Assembly (NCBI GenBank): GCA_002269645.1
Contig: NIVC01000741.1
Span: forward strand, 62,001-126,000
Length of the DNA: 64,000 nucleotides
Direction: 5' to 3'
DNA from: Macrostomum lignano
Lineage: Eukaryota
The position numbers were made by a program, and so were the translations under genes. Of this stretch, positions 12,569 to 25,423 are shown in pieces. The notes below the pieces were generated by a model. The model saw only the letters and a program-made list of their open reading frames with translations, was not told the origin of the DNA and ran no database searches. Position 1 is the first letter of the stretch. Every line of letters begins with the position of its first letter.

Positions 12569-15500
12569 TTAGCCTTGGGGCTGCGCCCACCCCTCGCCGG
12601 CAGAAGAGCTCGCGAGAGTGGCGTCTGCGATCTTCATCCGCCCAGAATCCCGAACGAATGCACGTAGATCACGGATACGGTCCGGAGTGGTGAGCTCGTC
12701 AAGCCTTAGCGGGTGACCGAGGTGACGCCTCCGCGCCTCGTTGAAGTGCGGGCAGAAAGTGACGTGGTGCGTCGAGGTTTCCTCCTCTAAATCACAGAAT
12801 GGGCAGATAGGGGAGCAGCCACTTTGCAGTGAAATATGTCTCTGGAAGAAGCCATGGCCAGTAATGACCATGCACATCTCCCTCAGGTCCGTTTTACTTA
12901 AGGAGATTAGATATTCTGATACTTCCCGGTTAATCGCAGGCATAGCCTTTCGTGCTTGCCGGTATTCGGAGCAGCTGTCCCAGTGAGTCTGATGCTGGCG
13001 GTTCAGCCAATCTTGAATGGCGCGGTTGATTGATGACTTCGGAGAAGGTAACTTGACTGAGCGTTGCGCTCCATCAGGGGTGCAACCCCGCTTGGCAAGC
13101 TGATCCACAAGCTCGTTGCCGAGGATGTTGCTATGGCCTGGTGTCCAGATAACATTGATCCTGTTGAGAATCGCTAGAGTCTGCAAGCTTTTGAGGCAGT
13201 CTGAGACTGACTTGGTTGAGAGCTTGATAGAAGACAAGGCCTTAATAGCGGCCTGGCTGTCAGAGTAAAAATAAATGTCAAAGCTGCTGATGCCAGCTTT
13301 GTGCAAATGCTCAGCGCACTGGTTGATGGCTACAACTTCGGATTGAAAAACCGAGACATTCTCACCAAGATGAAGACTCTCTTGTAAGATCGCTTCACCC
13401 TTGTGGAAAATGGCAATGCCCGCACCAGCGAGACCGTCACACAGGGATACGTCAGTGAAGCAGTAAATACCCTGGCTTCTCCGGTTGATGCCCACGTCCA
13501 GCGGGTGACTCCCTCTCGGTGGAAGAGAACACTTGAAGCCTCTCCTGAGGATGAGAGTGGGGGATCTGCAGTCCACCTCGTCTAAATTGAGGTGGATGCG
13601 TTGAAGATCGCGACGGATATAGTCCAGATGTGGTAAAAGAGTCTTCTCGGGCATGAAGCCCGAGGGCGTGTTAGCAATAAATTTATCACAGATGAGACGC
13701 GCGGCGCCCTTCATCGCCTCAGCTCTAATGAACAAATGCAGCGGAGGCATGCTGAGGATGGTGTTGAGCCCCTCGTAAGGGGTGGATGGATACGCACCGG
13801 TGATGGCTCGGCAGATGTTACCCTGCAGCTGGTACAAACGGTCCCGTACAGTCTTCAACTCCAACGCACTGGACCAGATAACACACGCGTAGGTAATACT
13901 GGGCCGGATGATGCCGGTGTAGATCCATCTGACCGTCTTGGGAGAAAGACCCCAAGTAGGCCCGATGGCTCTCCTCACCTGCGCAAAACAGCGCCTGGCG
14001 CGCCCGATGACATTGTCAGCGTGCTTGGTCCAACGCAAATCGTGGGTGAGCGTCACACCTAGATACTTAGTTTCCTTGACTAAGGGTATGTCCTTACCGT
14101 AGATGGTGAGGTTCCGCATGCTCCACTTCCGCTTCCTGGTGAAGATAATGGACACCGTCTTGGCGGTGCTAATGGTTAGGCCGTGCCGGGTAGCCCAGGC
14201 TTGCGCCTTATCGGCGAACTGCTGCATTAAGCTTCGGAGGGTGCTGGTGTCAGGGCCACTGACAATAGCAGCGACATCATCAGCGTAGCCAGCCTTGACT
14301 ATGCTGCTGGGGACGTCAGCCGTCAGGAGCTCGTCCATCACGAGATTCCAGAGCAGCGGGGTGAGCACTCCACCTTGGGCTCCGCCCTTAGTAACCGTAT
14401 GAGTGCAGGTGGCATCCATGAGGGAGGAAGTCACCTTCCTGTTCCGGATCATAAAGTCGATCCAACGCACAATGCTGGGTCGGACCTTTTTCTGCAAAAG
14501 GGAGTCACTAAAGGAGCCAAACAAAACGTTATTGAAGGCCCCATCGATATCGCAGAAAAGCCCACAGGCAATCTGCTTACTCAGGATAGCTTTCTCAATG
14601 GCTGAGGTAATAACATGCAAAGCGTGCTCGGTGGTTTTACCTGGCTGGAAGGCGAATTGGTGCTTACTTATGGGTGCCGTCCTTAACTCGCAGTCGCGCA
14701 GCCTCCACAAGATGAGTCTCTCCATCAGCTTAATGCAGAAGGATGTAAGGCTGATGGGGCGGAAGGATTTCACATTAGTATAGTCGCCTTTGGCAGGCTT
14801 GGGGATGAAGACCACCCGAGCGGTCCTCCAGATAGTGGGAATGTACCCAGTGGTGAAACAGTCGATGATGAGCTTAGAGAAAAAGGCAGAGAAGCTCTGC
14901 AGCTTAACCGCTTCCTGGAGAACACAGGGGGCGATATTGTCAATGCCGGGGGCTTTGAACGGCTTAAAAGTGTTGGCGGCCAGCTGAATTAAGTTCTTGG
15001 TGGCGCACTGCTCGAAAAGCTGTCGATCTTTTGGGTTGTGATCAGCAACGATTTGCTCAGGATGCTCGCATGTGGGGAAACAAGCCGAGAAAAGCAGATT
15101 GAGGGATTCCTCGGCGGTTCTGGAATAGTTGCCATCCAAATGGAGGAGGGAGTTACACTGGTCGAGAGGTTGTCATGCCTGAGGGACTTGACCAGCCGGG
15201 CAGTAGTATGCTGGCCCTCTAAACCGGCGCAGAAGGCCTTCCAGGTGTCCTTTTTGGCCTTCCGGATACAACTCTTGTAGATTCTCAAAGCAGAGTGGTA
15301 GTTCTCCCAGTCTTCTGGGGTGTTGTTCCGGTTGGCAATCCGATGTAGCCGACGGGAGGCCTTTTTTAAACGGGTGAGCTCCTTGTTCCACCAAGGTGAG
15401 TACTTCTTTCTACTGACAATCGGAGGAGCGTTCTTAATCGTGGCCGCATTAAGCAGCTCGACAAGTTTGTTGCAGCGTGCTTCAATGCTCGGAATATCAT

Positions 15501-16365
15501 CGCAGCCTTCCAGGTCATCGGCTGGTTCGCTGCTGATCAGAGACTCAAGGTCCCTTCTGAAGCCAGTCCAGTCCGCCCTTTTTAAATTGGGACGGTTCGC
15601 CTTGGTGACGCGAGCGCCGCCAGCTGTGACGCTGAAATGGATGTAGAAATGGTCCGAGAGCGAGGGGATGTCGTCTCTGACCCTCCAATTTTGAATCCGA
15701 TTAAGGATGCTACTGGACGCAAGGGTGAGATCAATGACCTCTTTCCTGCTAGCATTCGCAAAGGTGGGTTTACGCCCCAAGTTGCAAATATGCAAATTCG
15801 AGGTGTTAATGAAATCAATAAGCATACTACCTCTGAGGTTAGTGTTACTGCTAGCCCACGCAGTGTTGTGAGCATTAGCGTCGCAACCAATAATGAGGTT
15901 CCGGTTCTCGATGGTACAAAAGTTTGCAAGATCCTGCAGGAGGGGTGACGGAAGTTCATCCTGAATGTCCATGTACACGGATGAGAAAATCATCCCGTTC
16001 ACGGTGAAGGTACAGATGTCTTTATTGCAAAACATCGGCATGAGCATGGCTGCGAGCTCGTACTTGACCAGGGCACTGGCCCTAGGGGTTTCCCCTCCAG
16101 AGAGGAAGAGGATCTGGTAGCCTTTCGGCAGCAGGGTGGGCTTTCCTCTCACGGTGTAAGGCTCCTGGATGAGGTAGATGTCAACACCGGTGCCATCGAG
16201 GGTGTCGGTGAGGCTGCTGGAGGCTGCGACCGCGTGGTGCAGATTAATCTGCACGATGTGCAGGTTAGGACCACTGTTTTGCGTGAGTGTGGTGAAATCA
16301 TCATTGGACCCACCCGCCGGGTTGGTCCTCAGACGGTCACGCCTCATCATTGAAGATCTGGGCAT
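12569..16365 (-). CDS. LINE ORF2: AP endonuclease (16365-~15600), reverse transcriptase, RNase H, C-terminal CCHC; one frameshift near 15150-15170
   Basis: QINLHH, LIQEPY, GCDANAH, SDHFYI; [22 protein letters not shown]; [35 protein letters not shown]; [18 protein letters not shown]. Confidence 0.9.
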
Positions 16366-16382
16366 GGCGGGTCGAGAACAGC

Positions 16383-17618
16383 TTAAGTCTCGCCCTCAGA
16401 GCTATCCGGGCTCTCGGGATCGTCTCGGCGCTGCTCACCGCCGGCGTTGCGCTTCTTCCTCGGGATGAGGTGGAAGACTAACTTCCATGCCCCAACGTAG
16501 GCGGCGTGGTCTTTGCCTTGCATGTGGCGCTCCCAATCAGCGGAGAGGTCCATGTAGAGGGTCTTCCCGTTGCCGTCCTTGGCCGTCACCTCATTGTAGG
16601 CCCGGAGGCCGTCCACAGGCAACTCGGGGTGCTTGGCAACAAGACGACCACGGATCTCCTCGATCGTCCTGTGCCCGGAATAGAAGGCCCTATACCTCTT
16701 ACATGGAGGCGGAGGACGGGCCTTCTCAACGACCAGCTCCGGGAGCTGTGCCGTGGAGGTACTCCAGTCGATGCTGGGCAGGTTGGCTAAGGCAGTGCTC
16801 AGATGGACCTCACTTTTGAAAGCGAGGATGAGATTGCCGTTGGCGAATCTGACTGACTCGACCTCAACACCGAGATGGTCGTTATCCCAGAGGAAGTCGT
16901 CAACGAGGGCTACAGCACCTTCCATCTGGGCGTCACTCAGCGTCCCGCTGGCCGCACGGACGCAGATTTTATGGAGGGGCTCAGCAGCCACCTTGGCATA
17001 GGAGCCGGCTGTCCCCCTGCCCTTAGAGCGCTTCGGGTCCTGGGGGGTAAGCGTGCGGTCCTCAGGCTGCTGCCTCTTGCGGACAGTGCTGGGAGCCGCG
17101 TTAGCCTCGCTGTCGCGGTACGTGGTTGTGTCACCACCAGAATCTCCACCAGTGGGAGTCGAATTAGCCCCACTAAGGGTAGTAACCGCGGGGTTCGCGG
17201 AGAGAAATACCTCCGAGCTGGAGGGTTGGGGGATTTTCGGACCCCCGGCCGCGGGAGTTGCCGGCTCCCGAGCCGGAAGAGATTTTTGTTCAGAATCCAT
17301 AGAAGCTGAAACGGAGAAGAAACACAAATTAGAAAAAGGCAGACCGACCGCTCGGGGACTGGGTATACCCCCAGCCAGCTCCGAGGAGCTACCCCCTGCC
17401 ACGGCGAACAGCAGGAAGGCTTTGGGTTGCCATCTTTCCCCAGGATTGCTCCCAGGCGAGGCTCCGGCAGGCCCCCGGTCCACACTCTGCAAGATCAGGG
17501 GGCGGGAGGCCGGCTGCGGGCTTGGGACACAGGCGCCAGGTCGGGTTGACAGCCGACGCCCGAGCCCTCCCCCACAGGAGCGGCCCTCGAGAACCCGTGT
17601 GGTACCAGTTGCAACCAT
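16383..17618 (-). CDS. LINE ORF1 (411 aa; disordered N-terminus, folded C-terminal domain, no CCHC knuckle)
   Basis: Open ORF ending 17 nt upstream of the ORF2 start, within the TSD-bounded element. Confidence 0.82.
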   Translation of the reverse strand: MVATGTTRVLEGRSCGGGLGRRLSTRPGACVPSPQPASRPLILQSVDRGPAGASPGSNPGERWQPKAFLLFAVAGGSSSELAGGIPSPRAVGLPFSNLCFFSVSASMDSEQKSLPAREPATPAAGGPKIPQPSSSEVFLSANPAVTTLSGANSTPTGGDSGGDTTTYRDSEANAAPSTVRKRQQPEDRTLTPQDPKRSKGRGTAGSYAKVAAEPLHKICVRAASGTLSDAQMEGAVALVDDFLWDNDHLGVEVESVRFANGNLILAFKSEVHLSTALANLPSIDWSTSTAQLPELVVEKARPPPPCKRYRAFYSGHRTIEEIRGRLVAKHPELPVDGLRAYNEVTAKDGNGKTLYMDLSADWERHMQGKDHAAYVGAWKLVFHLIPRKKRNAGGEQRRDDPESPDSSEGET

Positions 17619-18659
17619 GGGCTGTCGATGGGTAGTTGGCGCTTAGCCAGCGGCCAACTACTTAGCAGCCACCTGCCCTGCAGAAAAGCAGCAGGGGGGA
17701 TCCGTCCTCCACCAGCAGACCAAAACGAGGAAGCTAGCCGCTTCCACGCCAGGCCAGAGCGAAAAAAGGAGGGGGAAAAGCCTCCTCGAAAGACGAAAAG
17801 CTGGCAGATGTCACAGAGTCCCTCGGTTTAGGTTGCCGTTTGCCCCCCGAGTAGCTAAGCTAGTAGGCGCCGGTCACAGTGGACCAATGGCAAGGCAGTT
17901 CTCAGTCGATCAATCTATTAAATCAGTTAGCGAAATTGCCAATAGTGCAAAATCGGCGCTGGAGATGTACTCTGTGCACTCTAGGTTCGCCAAGCGGCTC
18001 GGGTAATGAATCATGCGGAATCTGATGTTCGAGTTAGTCTATCATCAGCGCTACGAGAGGCTGGTTGGCGCGTTGAAGGCCAAAAGTACAATTCTTCGTA
18101 TTTAGCAATGTAATAGTACATGTAGCTACCCCATAGACTCGCCACTGCAAGAATCCCCTGCACAAGTCCCCTCTGTACCTGCATGGCCAATGCGATCTAG
18201 TCCCAGCAGTGTCCCTTAACATCGGCTGTGACTTCGTGATTGAAAGCAAAAAGACACTAGTTGGCAGGTAAGTGCTAAGCCCCCTCTAGTCGGAAGCCCG
18301 ATTTAGAAAGTTCCGGTTTGGTGAGCCAGGACGCACGGGCAGCGGGTTAGTTAATTTGCGGATTAGCTGATCTCTACCTTCAAAATTCTCCCTGCTTGTC
18401 TCTCGCTGTCCCTCTCTTAGCTATAGGACCTAGACTGCTCGCCACAAAATCAAGCTACCATGGGGCTGACCATCTGACAGGAGTGGGGGGCCAGGACTCT
18501 AATTGATTCATCTCCGAGACCTGATCGGCCCATACGCTTTTCCCAAAAAAGCCGAAAAGGCCGAAACCCATCAGAATTAAAAAATTAAACAATTTTAGCT
18601 CTCTTTGTGAAGAAAAGTTAATCAAAAATTGCTAAAAAATTGGGGTGAGGCAGGTACCA

Positions 18660-18731
18660 TTTAGCCCCCCTGCTTTAAAAGTTGGGGGGGGGCATGGCCC
18701 CCCTGGCCCCTCCCTCCGTTCCGACGCTTAT
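18660..18731. mobile_element. Partial MITE related to 10984-11076
   Basis: Shared TTTAAAAGT..GGGG..CATGGCCCCCC..CCGTTC(C/T)GACGC end. Confidence 0.4.
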
Positions 18732-21150
18732 GCACCTGGGCTCTGGGAATCAGCGTTTGCATGAACCATCCGACTTGATCATTGATAGCCAGTTGGCATA
18801 GTACTGTACGTGGATGATTGATGGGTCGCTTAATTTCACAAGCTCGAAATTTCACGTTGATCGAAGACCGCTAGTAAACTCCAATTAGCTCGAAACAAAA
18901 ATTCATCACATCATAGAAAACAAAATTTTTTTGTCGATTTCACAAGCTTGAAGCTTAATTCATACATGTACATGCATACGTATAATTGTCGAAAAGTTTA
19001 TTGATTTTTTACCAGCTTCAATTCAGTTTAAGCTTTTGAAATTACAGGGCATGTGAATTTTCGAGCTTGTAGAAGATCCTTATAAACGCCTCACTCCAAT
19101 TAATGGCTAAGCCAAAGAAGGACTGGGCCATACACTTCAAGGTAGGCCTAGTACATGTACGAGTACAATGTTAATCCAGTAGCTAAATTGACTTGGCTTT
19201 GCAATCCAGATCTCTCGAATCAAAGCATGCTACTATACTGCTCATCTGCATGGAAGAGCGCACGAGTAGCTAGATTTATCTTTATTTTCGAAAGCCTTCC
19301 TGAGGCGACACGTGCACAGTATGTACATATGGGGCCGTCGCCATCGTCGCAGGCACGATCATTTTGGTGCCGCAGGCACTCACATTTTGGTACTCAAGCG
19401 CTATACATGTATATACTTTGTCACTCGAATTGCAAAATCATAGATTTCCATAACCGGTCACAATTAATTGGTTAGGTGGGGGACAAAGAATTGGCATTGT
19501 CCCCCCATTAGCTTTTATTGGGAGGGACATGTCCCCCCAGTGGCGACACGCCTGTGTATACATTTACTTGCATACATATCTCTTTTATATGCATATCTCT
19601 ATCTCTGTATGCATATCTTTTGTATGTATATCTCTGCACTGCATATAAAATGGCATGCAACAACAAGGGCAATACGAAAAGACCACGGGACGTTCTGTTG
19701 TCGTGTCATCGCCTTCGTAATGCACCCACACAGCAAATCGCCGAAAACTACATGTAGTTAGCAGCTGGGGCAAGTGTGCAACCATATATATTGAATCACC
19801 TCCTGAGCTATTTGTTTAAATGTGCTGAGGTAACACATTAAGTATTAATAAACGTATGAAACATTCGCCGACACTTATTCAGACACTTCTACAGACACTT
19901 TATTTTCTGTCGTACGGTTAGGAACAAGCATTAAATTTGTCTAGGACACTTCCTAATTCATATTTAATGAAATAAAGCAGTCCATGCATAGTTTTAATTT
20001 TGCAATTTTGTTTTTGTGCACTCGTTCCAGACTTTCAAATTATGGCTTTTATCGCGTAGTGTGCGTGCATGCATCGTGTACAACGATTAGCTGCAGCGTG
20101 CTAAATAGTTCAATTAGGTATTAAAAGCGTACAAGGTATTTGTACAATAGTATTTGTACATTTTAGTTGAAGTTAAAAGTTCAAGCTTTTAGTGAATCAT
20201 TGGAAAATAAAACTATCCGTTTTAAATCGTGCAACATATTGTTTTGTCTCGGACATTTGTGACACTGTCACTTAGGGTTGCAAGGTTTTTTAAAAGAGAA
20301 ACTGTTGCTTTTCCAATGCTGAAGTATTTGTGTTGTATGGATCAGGGTTTTTCGTCAAAATTTGGATGCATGTATACATCTAAACATATAAAAATGATCA
20401 AGGTTGAAGATTACCCTATGGTATAACTGTTTTCTCCATTTTACTATTTCAAAGTGCCCACGTGAAGTTAGATTTAGCATGCCAGCCTTAAAAAATAAAA
20501 AAATCTACATAGTGTAGAATTGTATACTCTTTTATTTAAGACTATATTATATTCCCAATATATTTGCTTAGATAAATCGAAAAGTATTTACTTTACTTGA
20601 AAAAAATAATGTTCACTACAAATATTTCAATGTAGAAACCAGGAAACATAAACCTATCAAGTGTTATATAGAAATGAAGGATAAAGATATGGATAGAATA
20701 TAATAAAGCCATTGTGGGCATTAAATATAAAACAAAAGAATCACTTAAGGCAAAATTTGAAAAAAGTGAATTTTTGGCATGCTCCAAGAAAAGAGGCTTA
20801 TAATTTGAAATATTTTTGCTTTTGTTTGACAAAAAATATGTATAGATTTATACTTTTGGGCAAGGTTTATTTTCTCTTAAAATTCTAATTGTAAATTTGC
20901 CAGTAAGCTTAAAAATTGTTGTAAGTTGAAGCTCAAATAAAATTAGTCTTAACTCCAATCTGACTTTCCAAAGTAAATCCCTAAATTATTTGTTACAATT
21001 GCTTTAAAAACTTGCCATTTCATTTATTCATTAATCAAAATTTTGTTCTAGAAACTGATACCTATAGAAGGTTTTTAGTTTTTAAGAAATCTAGTAACTA
21101 GTGTCAGAGAAATATGTTTATGTAGGTTTTATATATATATATATCAACCT

Positions 21151-21217
21151 TATATATAAAAAAGGTTGCACACTGAGATTTAAATACAGCTTCTAACATG
21201 TGTGTCCAGAGGTGAGA
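21151..21217 (+). promoter_or_regulatory. Inward-facing TATA box (21151-21160) and splice donor CAGAG|GTGAGA (21211/21212) in the left TIR; mirrored at 30804-30816 and 30756/30755 on the - strand
   Basis: TATATATAAAAAAGG followed ~50 nt later by a consensus donor immediately before the satellite. Confidence 0.55.
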
Positions 21218-21222
21218 TTGTG

Positions 21223-22235
21223 GCCAACTGCACACCAATAGCATACCAACTCTATACCAAATCCATACTGACATGCCAACTGTATACCAACTGTATACAA
21301 ACACCATATCAACTCCATACCAACTGCATACCAACCCCATACCAATATGCCAACTGCATACCAACTCCATACCAATATGCCAACTGCATACCAACTCCAT
21401 ACCAACATGCCAACTGCATACCAACTACATACCAACATGCCAACTGCATACCAACACCATACCAACTCCATACCAACTGCATACCAACTGCATACCAACT
21501 CCATACCAACTACATACCAACATGCCAACTGCATACCAACACCATACCAACTCCATACCAACTGCATACCAACTCCATACCAACTATACTCCAACATGCC
21601 AACTGTATACCTACACCATACCAACTGTATGCCAACTGCATACCAACTCCATACCAACATGCCAACTGCATACCAACTCCATACCAACATGCCAACTGCA
21701 TACCAACTACATACCAACATGCCAACTGCATACCAACACCATACCAACTCCATACCAACTGCATACCAACTACATACCAACATGCCAACTGCATACCAAC
21801 ACCATACCAACTGCATGCCAACTGCATACCAACTCCATACCAACATGCCAACTGCATACCAACTCCATACCAACTGCATACCAACTCCATACCAACTCCA
21901 TACCAACATGCCAACTGCATACCAACACCATACCAACTGCATACCAACTGCATACCAACTCCATACCAACATGCCAACTGCATACCAACTCCATACCAAC
22001 TGCATACCAACTGCATACCAACTGCATACCAACTCCATACCAACTATATTCCAACATGCCAACTGTATACCAACACCATACCAACTGTATGCCAACTGCA
22101 TACCAACTGCATACCAACTGCATACCAACTGCATACCAACTCCATACCAACTGTATGCCAACTGCATACCAACTGCATACCAACTGCATACCAACTCCAT
22201 ACCAACATGCCAACTGCATGCCAACTCCATACCAA
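21223..22235. repeat. Satellite of ATACCAAC(TGC/TCC/ACC/ATGCCAACTGC) modules, left TIR
   Basis: Shuffled short CCAAC-core modules; source of the stop-poor spurious ORFs in the track. Confidence 0.95.
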
Positions 22236-22361
22236 GAATGTTAAATTGCGAGACTCGTAGGAACTTTTAGGTTCTCTTTTTGTACAACTCTTGGGATACT
22301 TCTGCCATGTTGCCATCTTTCCTGACTCTTTTGATGACTAAAATCGCACTCTTCCATATGC

Positions 22362-23501
22362 ATGGACCAGTTATTACAAGGCCCACCAGATGCTGTTCTG
22401 CCTTGTGTAGGTGCGGTCCTACCATGCCCTTCTCTTCCTGTCATTGTGACGTTCAACAACAGCGATGAACTATCGATTCAGTCGGTTTGCCAGAGGCTTT
22501 GCGTTTGCACACGTTCATTTAATCATTCTAATATCCGTGTGCGAGACGGATTTCGTAGGTGCGGACGTGATCGAGTGTCTGTTGTCCAATTAATAACCGA
22601 TCCTAGCAAGGTTGCATTTTTGCACGGTGTATATGGTTGTGGAAACAAAGACCACCGTGGTAATGGCATTGCTTGGCTGCAGCGTGTAACTAAGCCACAT
22701 CTGACGCAGTCAGTTGTCCTACGTCGAGAGGTTCCGGGTCACCATTTTCAAAGTTCAAAGCGACTGCGGAAGCAAGTTTTGCAGAGCTTTCGGCTCCTTA
22801 TTTCTTCATGTGATGTGTCTGTTCTTCGTTCTCTGCTCGTTGTCTCGCGCGGCTTCAGTCAGCTACAATCGACTGTGCACCGTCGGCGTTTCATGCAGCG
22901 GCGATCACGCCCAACTGATGAGGAGCAGCGGCAGCACGCGCTGCAAGACGAGCAGCGGCATCTCGAGCTGGATGAACAGCGGCATCCGCAGATACAGGAC
23001 GGCCAACGGCAACTCGCACTGCAGGAGCCGCGGCAGCTCGAGCTGGATGAACAGCGGCATCCGCAGATACAGGACGGCCAACGGCAACTCGCACTGCAGG
23101 AGGAGCCGCGGCAGCTCGAGCTGGATGAACAGCGGCATCCGCAGATACAGGACGGCCAACGGCAACTCGCACTGCAGGAGGAGCCGCGGCAGCTCGAGCT
23201 GGATGAACAGCGGCATCCGCAGATACAGGACGGCCAACGGCAACTCGCATTGCAGGAGGAGCCGCGGCAGCTCGAGCTGGATGAACAGCGGCATCCGCAG
23301 ATACAGGACGGCCAACGGCAACTCGCACTGCCAGAGGAGCAGCGGCAGCTCGAGCTGGATGAACAGCGGCAGTCCCAACAGTACGAGTGTCCCGCTCTTG
23401 GACCACTAAAACCAATGCGTCGGAGATCGCAGAGGCCCCAGAGATCTTTAAGGTCGGTCCAACCAGCGATGTCATTGCGCTCGCGAACGAGGCATGAGTA
23501 A
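22362..23501 (+). CDS. Transposon second ORF, 379 aa, unknown function; ~185-aa unique N-terminus plus 4-5 copies of a 28-29-aa Q/E/R-rich repeat
   Basis: Long open non-repetitive frame starting ~130 nt inside the left TIR; followed by an AT-rich spacer with AATAAA signals. Confidence 0.55.
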   Translation: MDQLLQGPPDAVLPCVGAVLPCPSLPVIVTFNNSDELSIQSVCQRLCVCTRSFNHSNIRVRDGFRRCGRDRVSVVQLITDPSKVAFLHGVYGCGNKDHRGNGIAWLQRVTKPHLTQSVVLRREVPGHHFQSSKRLRKQVLQSFRLLISSCDVSVLRSLLVVSRGFSQLQSTVHRRRFMQRRSRPTDEEQRQHALQDEQRHLELDEQRHPQIQDGQRQLALQEPRQLELDEQRHPQIQDGQRQLALQEEPRQLELDEQRHPQIQDGQRQLALQEEPRQLELDEQRHPQIQDGQRQLALQEEPRQLELDEQRHPQIQDGQRQLALPEEQRQLELDEQRQSQQYECPALGPLKPMRRRSQRPQRSLRSVQPAMSLRSRTRHE

Positions 23502-24343
23502 CAGACTAGGATGATGCGTGACGGAATATCGGATGCGTGTCTGTTCAGTTTGCGAGTTCGTTATGCGAGTTTGCCAGCTTCTTTTGCACGAAAATAAGAA
23601 CGCTGGTATTCGAGCATTAAACAAAGTCATACCGTTCGTATAGCTTATTGGCTTATCTATTGTACCATGCAACAATTTTCATTGCAACAAAGTATGTAGT
23701 TGAATGACTTCAGCGTAGTAGTAACTATGAGACAAGTATCTTATGTGGTTTTTAATCTATACTTCCTTGAACGATTAATTGTAGTTTATACTTATATTTG
23801 AACAGTTTCATTTCCTTTACCCGTATTAGTTGTCAGTCCTTGTGTTGAAATAAATTCTTTCGGATAAATAAAGCAAAGGAATGTTTCATGGCACGTATTT
23901 CGTTGAACAATTTTTTCTTTTGTGACATTTATTGGCCTAAGTGATAAGTGACAGGTGTACAGGTTTCACAGGCCAAAAACAATTACGATTATACTCAAAT
24001 GGAGAGTATTTAGCTGCAAGAAAAGAGTATATAGTTGACACTATAAGTTTTAGAACTCACGTTGTCTAAACGGTTTACTAACGGCGTTTAGTCCCAGCTT
24101 TTAGCGCATACAGAAAAATAGAGAATTAAAATGGCGGTAAACTATAAAATGCAAATCCGTACATGTATATATGTAGACCTTTTCAACACAGTTAAAAGTT
24201 TTTGTTATAAATACATTACACAGCACGATCATCAGTTATGAATTTATACTTTCAACGGCATGAGACCATTACAAACACGAATAAACTCAAGAAAATAAGT
24301 AAACCGTCCACATTATGTTAATAACACGGAGATCACCAGCACG

Positions 24344-25423
24344 TTAGCCGTAAAAAAGAGCGCAGCAGTTTCGCTTCACGTCATTGAATGCCGCTGACAA
24401 AGATACTTTTCGTACAGTCAAATCACTGACACAGTAGCTAGTGCGGCCACAGAATACGTATGCAATATAGTGACCACTATTCACGCGACTACCAATGTGA
24501 ACGATGGCTGCACGAAGCTTGTAGCTTCTGCCACTCAAAGTAAGCTTCATCTCGATGGGTACAACTTTAGTGTTCTTCTCGAATAGTACAGTTTGTCCCT
24601 TTCTGCGCTTGACAGAGACTCGGCTAATTCCCATGCATATGTGCTCCGACGTTGTTGCAAGTGTTTGTGCATAGCTGCACCCCCGACGTCGCAAGTCGGA
24701 CAACGGATGTCGGTGTGGTCTTGAGTAGAAAACAGTGACTGTCTAATGAGTGCCGGGAAATCAAGCGAGTCGTCGTGATCAGGAATTGATAAACGTAGAA
24801 TAGTTGCCGTGTCTCTAGGTAGCAGTCGTGTCACTTTGAAACAGGCGGAACAACTCAAAGTTGTAGAAATCTACGAAATAAAAAAGATGGATAGGAACAG
24901 TACTCATGGTGCAACTGTGAAGACCAACACACAGTGGAAGCGCGATTGAAAGGTATTCTTTGCCTTCCAGCAAAGTATATACTGTCTTCGAAGGTAACTT
25001 ACAAATAAATTTAGATTCAGGATGCAGGCTTAAATCACTTTACTAAAACGCATTTAAATAGTCATAAACTTAATAAACCGTTCACCCTTACCTCGCAGCT
25101 GAATCGCAGTTTGAGCTCAGAAAGAAACAGCATTCCGGTCAGAAACTCTAAGGCACAGTTTTGTGCCATAGGATCCATATGAAATGCTTTACTGCACCAC
25201 TGAAACGCGGCTGAATGCAGCAACAGAACGTCTTTGCCTGTCATTAGGCAGTTAAGGAACAATGCAAGTGGTGAATCTGCATCACACGATAGTGCGCTCG
25301 TTAATGTTGCAACCAAGCATTGACTGGCGGCATTGAAAGCACAATACGTGCCCGTCGGATTCGGTAGCCCCTCTGGCGACCGTGGCGATAGTGCAGGAAA
25401 TGACACTGCAGTGTCGGCGCGTC
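24344..25423 (-). other. USP-family cysteine protease (deubiquitinase-like) domain carried by the transposon
   Basis: Cys box GLPNPTGTYCAFNAASQCL, QNCALEFL, zinc-finger CxxC pairs, His box YKLRAAIVHIG..SGHYIAYV and downstream D; candidate triad residues present. Confidence 0.85.

Larger units (their letters stand above)
12471..17848 (-). mobile_element. Full-length non-LTR retrotransposon, I-group (R1/LOA-like, RNase H-bearing), ~5.4 kb
   Basis: 13-bp TSD GAGTAGCTAAGCT at 12458-12470 and 17849-17861; (TAAG)n 3' tail at about 12471-12492; ORF1 plus an APE-RT-RNase H-CCHC ORF2. Confidence 0.93.
19853..22235 (+). repeat. Left TIR: ~1.37 kb unique AT-rich arm plus ~1.0 kb satellite
   Basis: Reverse complement of the right arm; track ORFs 20229..20426 and 20593..20832 are identical to 31539..31736 and 31133..31372. 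Confidence 0.93.

Noticed and set aside
20229-20832. 65- and 79-aa ORFs duplicated in both TIRs
   Set aside because: Identity reflects the TIR duplication; AT-rich and without protein-like features.
21104-22316. Long overlapping ORFs (CIPTPYQLHT / VWSWYAVGM) in the left satellite
   Set aside because: Open in most frames because the repeat modules rarely form stops; non-coding satellite.
22600-23475. Minus-strand alternative for the second gene (194-aa A/V/P repeat; RKLCKTCF..TTDCVRC zinc-finger-like string)
   Set aside because: The CxxC string is interrupted by two stops and the long frame is confined to the repeat; the + strand frame is open through unique sequence. Strand is not fully settled.
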